From contig CDLV01000006.1 in assembly GCA_001244265.2 (NCBI GenBank), positions 496,001 through 560,000 on the forward strand: DNA of 64,000 nucleotides, read 5' to 3'. Below, one piece after another: positions 24,587 to 35,467 of the stretch. Every line of letters starts with the position of its first letter. The stretch's first letter is position 1. A program made the position numbers and the translations under genes. The stretch comes from Microbotryum violaceum. Lineage: Eukaryota. The notes below the pieces were generated by a model. The model ran no database searches. It was not told the DNA's origin and saw nothing but the letters and a program-made list of their open reading frames with translations.

Positions 24587-24812
24587 GGCGCGTGGGGTGA
24601 GACAGGGTGAGACTGCCGTGCGACGAGAAGGGCGAAACCGCCCAAGTGGGGGGAACCACGGGTTTTACCGCCTGCCTCAGAGCGCACGGACCGCCTCCCA
24701 GGGCCTCCGCCGGGGTGGGCCAGTCTCGTGCACGCCTTCCTCGACTCTTTACGCTCTCGACCTCGACGCCCCACGCGCGGTCAGAGGAGACACATCAATA
24801 CGCCCTTCTCTC

Positions 24813-25518
24813 ATGGTCCGTTTCAAGCACCGCTACCTGCTCGTACACCTCCTGTTCCCCTCGCTCGCCCCCGAAGACCCAGCCCCGCCGCTGCACGAAT
24901 CGGACTTGATCAAGGTGCTGCGAGAGTCGTTGTTGGTCAACTTTGGCGATTTAGGAGCGGGTACGGTCGGTGGATTGTTTAGTAGTGAGTTTACGCGCGA
25001 CGGGTGCCGTAGAGCGTCTGCCCTCCGTGCCCGGGTCGGCCTTGGCAATCGCTCTCATCTGCTCCTCGCTCGTCTTGCGTAGAAGTTCACCCGAATCTGG
25101 ACCCAACTTGATTCTTCTTCCTTTGGTGTTTAACAGTCAAATACTTTTCACCCACGACGCGCATGCTCATCCTCCGCGTCGCGAGGGAACACGCCCAGAC
25201 GCTTTGGTGTGCTCTGACGCTGTTGCGACGCTTAGGGGGCCAGACCGTGATCGCCAGGGTGTTGCACGTCAGCGGTGAGTGAATCGTGCAGCCCCACTGG
25301 CTTCTGCTGGGGGCTCTACTGATATCTGATGTCGTTTGTGCGGTGCGCCGAACAAAGGTACGATCCGGAAAACCCAACTCTCGGCCATTTCGTACGACCG
25401 ACTCTTGATTCTCGAATCGGCTGGGCGTCTCCGGCGGAAAGGGAACGACAAGGATGCAGACGAGATTGAAGCTCAGGTTGGGAAAGATGAAGAGAAAATC
25501 CTAGAGATGGACGCCTGA
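24813..25518 (+). CDS. POP5: RNase P/MRP subunit Pop5 (Rpp14/Pop5 family)
   Basis: MVRFKHRYLL start, SLLVNFGDLGAG, KYFSPTTRMLILRVAREHAQTLWCALTL and VLHVSGTIRKTQ across spliced exons. Confidence 0.92.
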
Positions 25519-25850
25519 GGCCCCGAGGACCAGACGAAAGTTCTGGCGAGGGCCTAGCGGGCCTAGCGGGCCTACGCGGTTTTGCTAGTGTTGTCTGCAA
25601 GTTGCAAACTGTTGTTGTACGCGTGTTTTCCAATGATTCAGCGCACTCGTGATTACTGAGCTCGGGATGGCTCCAGAACAGCTCGGTAGAGCTCGATCAA
25701 CTCTCGAGCTCGGCTAGCGCGCAAACAATTCGGGGCCCCACCTGCATCTTCAATTGGCCTTGCGCGGATGGTCCTCGCTTCTTCTCTGTCTCTTAGCGCC
25801 GTACCCGAACACACGCACACACCCTCCCCACCTACCATCCTCTCGCCTAG

Positions 25851-26844
25851 ATGGTCTCCTACGCGTTTATCGACCCTTCAGAGGTAGCCCAACTGTACCA
25901 TTCGGGCCTCGAACCAGGGCGCGATTTCCAGGTCGTGGATGTTAGGGATGAGGATCGGATAGGGGGACATCTGTACGTACTGCACCTGCTCAACCCCATA
26001 TGTCCAAGATATGTGGCTTCATGTGTGAATTTGGGTCGAAATAGGCTCAGCTGTGGCGTCGATCTACGCCGGACAGCAGGCGTATGACTGATTCGCTGCT
26101 TCGTGTCGATCGTCCAGACCAGGATCGATGCGAGCCCCCTCCGAACAACGTACCTTGCAATCCGTTCAAGACCTCGTGGTCAAGCTGGAAGGAGGTTAGT
26201 GGATCCCGCGCCGCAACTATGAGGTCATTCCAGCCCGATCAGAAGAACGAAGACTGAGCTGACAAGTCGACTTGTTCCTGATTCGCAGTTCCAAAGGTCA
26301 TCTTCCATTGCACCCTGAGTCGTACGTCTTCGAACTCTGACCTCTCGTCCTATATCTCCCCCGCCCCAATTCATACTTGTCCAAATTCTGACTCTCCTGC
26401 TTCCATCTCGCGGGAAACCGAAATGCACCGAGCAGAAATCCGAGGCCCTAAAGCCGCCTCCCTCTACTGCACGGCACTCAACGAACGACCCGACGCACTT
26501 GATTTCGAATCCGCAACATCAAACTCGATCATCGAGAACTCTGGCACTCCCTTGACAGCAACCTCAACCAAGGACTCGACGAACACACGGGCCGCTCAAA
26601 ACTTCTCCCCGAATCCGTTCGAGTTGAAAGCATCCGCTTCGGAGCAGAACCGATCACAGCAAGTGTTGGTGTTAAGGGGTGGTTTCGGCGAGTGGCAGAG
26701 GATGTACAAGGCTCGTCTTGACTTTTTGGACTCGGGAGGATCGCTCGTGAAGCTGATGAACTTTCTCGATTTTCAATACAGGATGATCCGAAATTGGTCG
26801 AAGGCTTCGATCCTTCGATTTGGGCAGAGGGGAAAGATTACTAG
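25851..26844 (+). CDS. Cdc25-like rhodanese-fold phosphatase/arsenate reductase (Ych1/Ibp1-like)
   Basis: VVDVRDEDRIGGHLPGS; spliced active-site loop VIFHCTLSQIRGP (CX5R); VLVLRGGFGEW; ends DDPKLVEGFDPSIWAEGKDY*. Confidence 0.88.
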
Positions 26845-27229
26845 ATCCCGCCGCTGGTGGAAAACCCTACTGAACACCTATCCTATATTCGATGCCTGGG
26901 AATGATTAACGGGTCGTACCCAGCAGCAACGCTCTCGTCCAGGCAGCACGAGGCAGTGAACCAGCCGACAAAAACTCGGTAGATCACGACACTGGGATTG
27001 CACACGGCGCATTCGTTATAGGTGGTCGTTAAAAACAGAATCCAGGTCATAAACATAAAACTCGACGTCATGGGAGTTGGGAGTCTCGTCACAAAGAGAG
27101 GTCGTTAAGCAGAACGGATGCTGAGATGAAGAAGCGAAAAGCGAAAAGGCGCCGGAGCACCTGGCTGCCGGGAGGGGTGGTGACTGAAGTTTCGCACTGG
27201 GCGTTTCCAGGGTAGTTGAAGATGATCAT

Positions 27230-28057
27230 CTAGATCGAACTTTCGAGGTTGACGTAAACGTGTCGCCTCAGGGGTTGGATAGCCGCTCGGCGGACCTTGG
27301 ACCCCGCCTTGGGTACGGCCATGGAGGAGCGAGCACGCATGATCTTGGCGGGATAAGCTCGAGATTCCTTGGTCATCGTCCTCTTCTGATCGGTGGGTGA
27401 ATCGGGAGTCTGAGCTACAGCGGGAGAACTGATTCGGGCTTTGGGGTTGGGGGTGATGATCCTCGAACGCTTTCCGAGGCGCGCAGTGGCTTGGTCTTCT
27501 TCCGATTCGACGACGACCTCGTAGTCGTCCGCTTCTTCATCCTGACCGACCATCAACCCACCCCGCTTTCTGATATGCTTGGGGTTGGACCTAGGCGTGA
27601 AAGCCTCGCCGAACGAAATAACCTCTACCCCACCCTTCGGCTGCGTAATAGCCCTGGCCGTAGGCATCGAACCACCCACGACCAATCGAACGAGTTTAGC
27701 GAAACGATAAGGCTCCACACCGAGCATCTCTCGGTTGTCCTCGTAGTCGTCTTCCGCATCTTGGAGTGAACGAGGATGAGGCCTAACCTTCTTGGGGTTG
27801 GGGATGGTACTCCTCTTTACCGAAGGCACGGTCGAGTCGACGGTGCTGCGCACGACGACGACGTTGTTCAGACGCTTGATGCCGATCGAGCGGCGGGTGG
27901 GGAGCGCTGTTGGATGAAAAGATGGTTCAGGGTCGATTCGCCTGAATAAGTTGGGGGGACTGGGAGGGATGGAGGGCGGACCTGATACATTCGAAATGAG
28001 GATCGAAGATGTGGCGATCAACGCCAGCAAAGGAGCGGTCAAAGGGCAAAGCATCAT
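27230..28057 (-). CDS. Hypothetical secreted basic protein with multiple KR/RR sites
   Basis: Single 275-aa ORF with a hydrophobic N-terminus (LTAPLLALIATSSILISNVSG), repeated dibasic sites and a recurring NPK motif. No recognisable domain. Confidence 0.55.
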   Translation of the reverse strand: MMLCPLTAPLLALIATSSILISNVSGPPSIPPSPPNLFRRIDPEPSFHPTALPTRRSIGIKRLNNVVVVRSTVDSTVPSVKRSTIPNPKKVRPHPRSLQDAEDDYEDNREMLGVEPYRFAKLVRLVVGGSMPTARAITQPKGGVEVISFGEAFTPRSNPKHIRKRGGLMVGQDEEADDYEVVVESEEDQATARLGKRSRIITPNPKARISSPAVAQTPDSPTDQKRTMTKESRAYPAKIMRARSSMAVPKAGSKVRRAAIQPLRRHVYVNLESSI

Positions 28058-28659
28058 GAGTTCTTTGAGGTGGGCGGTGTGGGGCAGGAGGGGGGGTACG
28101 CGGGCTGAGACAAGGGGATGAGAGTAGCAAGTGGTGAGAAAGAAGACAAGAGGCGATTCTCATCTCTCGACACAAGGGAATGTGAGTTCATCATCGCCTT
28201 CGACTCAACGGAGTAGTCTATCTCTTGCGTAAAGCGAGTTGGCGCGTCCGTTCGGTAGAAAGACTCTGGTGCAGAATTTGCTCGAACGGAGGGGAAGGCG
28301 GGTTGGGTGACTGCGCGCGCGCGAGAGGGCGCGCCGCGACGCGCGTGAGCGGAAAGATGGCTGGCCAGGCGCTTTCCCGAGAGGTGGGGTCCGAGCGCAT
28401 CCGAGCGCATCCGAGCCTTGGCACCGTCTTCGGTGGGTAAGTGAACAGTCTGGAAGGAAGCCTCTCTTCATGAGGAACAAAGAAGTACAGAAGCACATAG
28501 AGCCCTGCAGAACCAAGTAAGGGGCTATCATTTTTCTGCGTTTGAAAAGTTGGCGCGAAACTTGAAGCCGAGGCTCGGGTGCCAGCCCGACGCTGCAGGC
28601 TCTCAGCAAGCTCCCGCAGATCCAGAACAGAATGCGAAGCCCCGAGGACCATGCCGAAA

Positions 28660-28844
28660 AGGCGGAAGTCCGGCCGTATCATCAGCGAATTCAGCGCTTC
28701 GTTCCACTGTCGAGGTGCCTGCTTGGTTCCGTACATCGACTTCAAGAGCTTGAGAGCGCCAGAAGAAACTGGTACGGGCCAACCTTGAGTCTTGATGTAA
28801 ACATCCTCAGTCATGACGCCGTTGAGGAAAGCCGACTCGTAGTC
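28660..28844 (-). mobile_element. Ty1/copia reverse-transcriptase fragment
   Basis: [17 protein letters not shown]...[21 protein letters not shown] matches the copia RT motifs D(V)xxAFLNG and LxKSLYGLKQAPRxW. Isolated, with no other domains. Confidence 0.9.
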
Positions 28845-28930
28845 TTTACATGAAACACCAATAAGTGCATACTACGGCTATCTTCCATCGGTCTATACCA
28901 TTTTCAATTTGCTGTATTCGTATGTGCTCG

Positions 28931-30947
28931 TCAGAAGGCAAAGGAGTCCAGCGCTTCCTCAACCCACTTGCCCCGGCTCTGAATTCGGCACTGGAAAGGC
29001 AACGGCGCCGTCGCGAGGCCGTCCGTGAAACGATTCACGTCCACAGGGATCGCATTGCCTTGGTCATCAATTTGAGGTAGAAGCTCGAAGGCCCACAGGA
29101 TGCGGGTGAAGGCGATAAAAAGCGACCGGTCCGCGATGTGCATGCCCGGACAGATGCGACGACCGAATCCGTAGGTATGGTGACCCCTTTCGGAATACTT
29201 GGTCCCCACAAGCTCACCGTTGACGACGAAGCGGTCTGGGTTGAACTTGTGGGGTTCCGGATAAACCTCCTGTAAAGTTGAAAATTGAACTACATGAGAT
29301 GAGCAGTCGTACATAGGTCTAACGTAGGACGTGCTCACAGGATCGAGATGGATCGCCCAGTGGCACGCCAGCACAGCTGTGCCCTTGGGTATAAAGTAAC
29401 CTGCAGAGGACCACATACGTGAGTACTACTCGGCTCGAATCCAACTCCAATGGCACTGACCGTTGTAAGTATCGTCTTCCATAGTGCAATGCGTGACCCC
29501 TCCCGCCGTTACGCTCCTGAAGCGCATGCACTCGCGTAGGATGGCTTGGCAGTACACAAGGTCGTCTTGATCACTGAACTCGGGGAGTCGTTTGCCACCG
29601 ACGACGCGATCAATCTCTTCTTGGGCTTTCTTCATAACTTCGGGATGCGCTACCATCAGAAGGATGAAGGTTTCCGTCGCATCCGAAGTCGTGATCGAGC
29701 CCGCAGCTGAGAGCAGGGAGGGTCAACAGGTCAAGATCGAGGCCGGTCCGGCCTTCTCTTCCACGCTCCAAGAGGGTCACACTAACCATAGATAGAGCCA
29801 GCGAGGAACATTCCCTCGATTTCAGAAATTTTGTACTCTTCCCGCAGCCTGATGATATCGGCTGCAAAGGAGACGGGGGCGCCCCCTTGCTTGACCTCTC
29901 GCTTAACGTCGTCGTAATGGCGTCTGTACAACGTGTAACTCATATTGAACAGCTCGTCTCCCCGCTTTTTCCATGGCGCGAGAAGTCTCGGTAGGCGGTT
30001 CAGACAAGGCCAGATATCGACGATCGAGCTGCCGATGACTGCCAACGGACCCAAATAACTACCGATCTCGGCCATCTTGGTGATCGCCGGATCGTCCCAA
30101 CTTTGAGCCCGCTTGTTGTATGTAATTTGCATGATGTTTGAGCCAGCGAACCTATTTGTGTTTAGTCTGGATTAACTGTAAGGCCGAAGAGAAAGAGGAG
30201 ACGGTGAAAATAGCGCTGAGACAGACTTGCCTCTGTGCGTGATTCACAAAATTTTGAGGATCCCGAAGCAAGTCCCGGACCAGCTGGGCGCTTTCCATCG
30301 ATTGGATGCCTTCGTAACAGCTCGAGGCTTTGATATTGGTGATGGGGTGGAGTAGTCGCCTCTGCTTGCGCCAGCGCTCGCCATAAGGCATCAAGACCAT
30401 CCTATACCCGCGAGAGGCAATGTCGGATATCATGATGCGGCGTGGACGAGACGAGTAGATTCTGGAACGCTTGTCGAGTAGATCCACCGCAGCCGAAGCT
30501 CGTCCGAGGATGACGAAAAGCTGAGAGCCGAGCTTGATAGAGTAGATGGGACCTGGGTGCAGTTGGAAATCGGATGGGCGTAGCGTCAGCTGCTCGTCCT
30601 TTCGGTCTCGCTGCGGCGCCAGTCTCCTTTCGGCTGACAGCGCTCGGATTCGGACTGAGTGTCGGCTTCCCGCCAGACCAGATTCTTGACCCCGAAGTTC
30701 GGCCCGAGCGTGATCGAAGGTAGCCTGCCTGAGGGGACTCACCTAGCTCCCTCGTCCACTGTTCCATCTTGAACCACGGCTGGCGTTTCGGAAGCACGAA
30801 CATGTGACCAAGGAAGGGGAGCGCACCCGCTGGACTGGGTGGAAGGTGCCGATTGGCGCCACGCTGTCGCCGTAGAATGAATAGGAGCAGGGCCGTCGCG
30901 CAGCCTAGCACGACTAAATCACTCGTGCCGGAAAAGGCACCCGCCAT
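28931..30947 (-). CDS. Cytochrome P450 (paralog A)
   Basis: N-terminal TM plus LPPSP; GPIYSIKLGSQ; I-helix AGSITTS; ECMR (ExxR); FNPDRF; heme motif YGFGRRICPG. Six exons, including one GC-AG intron. Confidence 0.95.
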
Positions 30948-31889
30948 GACAATGCGACACACGCAATCGCTGAGTAAAGTGGCGGGGTCGGGGTACTTTG
31001 ATAGGGTGCAGACACTCCTACTGAGACGTGACAATGATGGGAAGAGGCAGAGGAGCGAGACGGTGCAGCCAACACATGTGTCATCCGGATAATCGACCGC
31101 TTGTGTTCGGGTTCGGCCGCGCGTTCGGCGCCGCTGGCCCGAAAGCGAAGTGCTTCCTCCGCTCCGCAGTCAACCTAGAGGTAAAATCACCTCACAGTGC
31201 GATTTTTTTGTTACTCGCCCCCTATCAGAACTGGGAATTTCAAGTATTTACATGTACTTCTATTCATGCCGGAGTGGACCCTCGTCGACGAAGAGATCGC
31301 GGCCTTGGCTTCGGTATCGGTCGGACGAAGTAGCCTGTCAATAAATGAGATCCTCCCTTACGCCACTTGCACGATGGTAGTTCTGGCGACTCTGCGAGCA
31401 CAATCATTAGTTTGATGGATCGTTGTCGGATGCACAAACGCTGACCTGCGGGTATGGTTCAGCGAGCAGTCGAGCGTGAGTGCAATATGTCCTCGACCCG
31501 TCGGGCACTTTCAACGACTGCAGTGGAGTCGCTCGTACATGCTTGCCGCCGTGGTCACGGCCGTAGTGCATGAAACACAACCTTAACCACGAAAGCCCAG
31601 CTCGGACGCCATGTATAGTCGTTGGCGCGATGAATAGATCGCCGATCACGGGCCGTGCTCGAGCGAATCGATCGCGACGGGGACTCGACCGACAATGACG
31701 ACCGTTCATAGCCCGAGCCCGAGAGCACAAAAGGTACCGGAAAATAAAATAAACTGCGCGGCGTTCAGCAAAGCGCTCGACGAGAAGCGGGTTCGTCCCA
31801 TGTTTTGGCCAAAGACCCCTGCGTCGCCTCTTCACGCGGCCGATCACACCGACATCAAGGGCGTAGGGGGTAGGAACCGAACAAACCAA

Positions 31890-31997
31890 CCCAGTTCCGT
31901 GGTCAATCTTAATACACGGTACTCCCTTGGGAAGCATGAACATGTGACCTAGCAAAGTCCATGCACCTTGGGGATGGCAACGGGCCTTTGCGAGGCC
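31890..31997 (-). pseudogene. Relic first exon of a third P450 copy
   Basis: Reads ...GAWTLLGHMFMLPKGVPCIKID..., aligning with paralog B exon 1 KGAIPIFGHMFMLPKSRPWVKME. It has indels, and I found no downstream exons. Confidence 0.8.
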
Positions 31998-32002
31998 GAA
32001 CG

Positions 32003-32512
32003 ACATGAGGAACTTTACCACTTACCGGTGCGCGGCTAAATCTGTCTAGATGACTTTACCGTCTGAATCGTTCTGAATCGTTCCGGATCGTGTCTAGATC
32101 CACCACTTCGTCACACTGAAGTAGCAACTTGTGCAATGAATTGTTTTCGCAGTCACGGATTTATACACACTAGTCAGAGTCTTGTACCACACGGCAGGCA
32201 GTAGTGCTCACATCCTGATGTAGTCATTGCAAACACAGCCATAAGCTTTATCCAGCGAAGCTGGAAATGTTCTGGAAATGCTCTGAAATGCACTGGAAAT
32301 GCACTGGAAATGCTCTGGAAATGCTCTGGAAATGCTCTGGAAGCTCTGGAAGCGCACTGAATGTCTGGATTTCCAGACAAATCTAGAGCAATCTAGCAGC
32401 GCAGGACTGAATGTGCTTTACGCGCTTTACGCGCTTTATGCCTGATTTGTTCTAGATCGGCTCTGAATTGCTCTAGATTGTTCTGAAACGCGCGTGGTAA
32501 AGTTCCTGATGT
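32003..32512. mobile_element. ~510-bp non-autonomous TIR element (MITE-like) with internal tandem repeats
   Basis: 19-bp inverted repeats ACAT(G/C)AGGAACTTTACCAC at 32003-32021 and 32494-32512. Internal (TCTGGAAATGC)n array at ~32262-32350 and TCTAGA/TCTGAA subterminal motifs. No clean TSD. Confidence 0.7.
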
Positions 32513-33394
32513 AGTAGCCCGTGTCTTGCACCGCGCCCACCTACCAACCCATGGGAATAGGGGGGAGAAAGTACTTTATCTTCTACTGAAAGTCTCCCTC
32601 GTCGGGATCTGAGGTCAGCCATCTTACTAATTGCGTTTTCGGCAGACCGGTCCTCCAAACATCCGGTCATACACACCTCGCGACACACCATCAGGCTCAC
32701 GACACGCATGTTCGGGTCCACACACGATCGATGACGCAGTGATCTCCTCAATTGGCACGGTTTGGCGAAGGAAAACGTTTACTGAGGCCGAGCGCCAATT
32801 CGGGCTTTGCACGAGGAGCAAGTTAGGAGAGTGAGGACGACAAAGACCTTGTGTGCCCGATACCGAGGGGGGTCGCGCGAATGCATCCGAATGTTTTGCC
32901 GCAACGCGGCGGTAGCATGATTGGCACTCGTACAGAGGACTGGGGAAGCGAGAAAACCAGTGACAAAGAGAGAAAGCAGTGAAAACTGGCGACGTCGTGG
33001 TAGGTAAGTTGATCAAATGTCGACAGCTCGGCGGCCCTGATCCGAACCCCCCGTTTCGGGTGCACACCGGGCCGGCGCTCGTCATCCAGAACAGTCCAGA
33101 ACCAGAAGACGATGCGTGACGATCGTCCGACAGAAGAGTGACACTTCGCGTGTGATCTACTTATGTACCAGATACATCGCAGTTGGGGGCTAGCTCTTTC
33201 AAAGCTCACTGCTTTCGTCATGTCGATCCCACATCGATGGTATGATGCCCACCCTGCCTTGACCCTCAAAGGTCTTTGCACATGAAGAAAGCGGCGGAAG
33301 CTAGCGCTTGCAACTGGATGTGACGAAGACGAGATATATACCCTTATATACATGTTTTTATATCACCGCACGGAAGCGGCGTTACGCACGTCCG

Positions 33395-35467
33395 TCACAG
33401 TTGCTGCTGAACTGCGAGCTCGATAGCTTCTTCGGCCCATTTACCCCGGCTCAAGATCTTGCACTGGAACGGCAGCGGATGGCTCGAGAAGCCTTCGGAG
33501 AAACGGTCGATGTCGACAGGAATCGGGACGCCATGCTCGTCGACCTGATGCTCAATCTTGCATGCCCACATCATGCGCGTGAAGACAATGAAGAGCGAAC
33601 GGTCCGCGATGTGCATGCCCGGACAGATACGGCGGCCAAACCCATAGGCGTGATGACCCCTTTCTGCGTACTTGGTCCCGACGAGCTTGCCGTCGACGAT
33701 AAAACGGGCCGGGTTGAACACCTCCGGCTCCGGGTAGACCTCCTGTGGGAATTATCTTAATAGGTGGTCAGCGAGGACCGCTGCTTTGGTGAGGCTAATA
33801 AATCAGATCGACTGACGGGATCGAGATGGATGGCCCAGTGGTTTGCGAGAACAGTTGTGCCTTTGGGAATGAAGTAGCCTGCATGGTGCGACAGCGCTAT
33901 GGTCAGTATCCTGGGCCATGCGCTCGGTGATCCAAGGGTAGCACGCACCATTGTAAACATCGTCCTCGGTCGAGCGGTGGCCAAGACCGCCTGCAATAAT
34001 GGTTCGGAATCGAAGGCATTCTCGGACGACCGCTTGGCAGTAGACGAGATCCTCTTGGTCGCTGAACTCGGGCAGTCGCTCGTGACCGATAACCCGGTCG
34101 AGTTCTTCCTGGGCCTTGGCGAGCACGTGGGGGTGAGCAACCATAATCAGGATAAAAGTCGAGATACCATCGGCTGTCGTGTCCGAGCCAGCACCTGGGC
34201 AGGAGCAAATTGTACATGTGTCAGCGCAAGTCTTGGGGCTTCGAGGATTAAACAGACGAAACGAGACTTACCGTACATCGCTCCAGCGAGGAAGATCGCC
34301 TCGGTTTCAGACAGGTCGTATTGGGAACGGAGGCGCAGAATCTCGGTCGCAAAGCAGTGCACATCGCGGCCTTCCTTGACCTCATTGTTGACACCGTCGT
34401 AGTGAGACTTGAACAGGGAAAGCGTCTCCTCGAACAAGGTGTCGGCCTCCTGCTTCCACGGCGCGAGAGGCTTGGGGAGGACGTTGAGGAATGGCAACGA
34501 ATCGACAATGTAGCGACCCGCCACGGCGGTCTTGGTCATCCTCTCGTTAATCTTGCGCATCTCGGTAATGGCGTGATCATCGTGAGTCGGGGCGCGCTTG
34601 TTGAAAGCGACTTGCATGATGGTCGAACCGGCGTACCTACGCAGTCCGCAGAATTTTTTTCTGACGATTAGCGAACTTGTTCGCCTGATGCAGCTGGTTG
34701 CCAAGCGCCGCACTCACCGTTGGCAATGACCCCAGAACATCTTGGGCTTTTGAATCATGTCTCGGACCAGCTGGGCACTCTCCATAGACTGAATAGGTTC
34801 GTACGAGCTCGACGCCTTGGGGCTTGTCAACGAATGCAGCAGCTTCCTCTGCCTCCTCCACAGATCGCCGTACTGCATAAAGGTCATGCGCAACCCACGC
34901 GAGACAAGATCCGAGGTCATGATGAGGCGTGGTCGCGACGAGTAGATGGCCGAGCGCTTATCGAGCAAATCCATCGCCACTGGGGCTCGGCCAACGACGA
35001 CTACGGTCTGTGATCCAAGCTTGAGCGTGTAGATGGGGCCTGTGGCGCGAAGCACGGTGGCACAGTGGGAGGCTGCATCAGTTCCATGCGCAAGAGAAAA
35101 AGAAAAAGAAAACCGTTTTCCGTACAGCGGGAACACAGGGTTGAATCCCATCGTTCGGGCTGTACGAGGCCCTGCGACGACTTCGCAATGCAAGTCGGGC
35201 TCCGGTGGAGCGGGGAAAGAACTTACCGAGTTCGCGAGTCCACTCTTCCATCTTGACCCAAGGTCTACTCTTGGGGAGCATAAACATGTGCCCAAAGATT
35301 GGGATCGCTCCCTTGGGGCTTGGGGGCAAAGGACCTCGCTGTGAAGCATTTTGGGCGCGAGTGTACAGGAACGCCGCGAGGAGAATCGCCGCGCCGCCGA
35401 AGATAAGAAGTGGGGTCGACTCGTAAAGCGCCGAGGCAGGAGAATCGGCAAAGGGTCGTGGCGACAT
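33395..35467 (-). CDS. Cytochrome P450 (paralog B)
   Basis: TM plus LPPSPKG; GPIYTLKLGSQ; AGSDTTA; ECLR; FNPARF; YGFGRRICPG. Intron positions are the same as in paralog A. Confidence 0.95.

Noticed and set aside
25675-25720. AGCTCGGTAGAGC, a tRNA D-arm-like string (similar at ~57535)
   Set aside because: No T-arm or acceptor stem, so no tRNA cloverleaf can be built.
32262-32350. Regular repeat array considered as CRISPR-like
   Set aside because: Head-to-tail 11-bp units without unique spacers, in a eukaryotic context with no cas genes.
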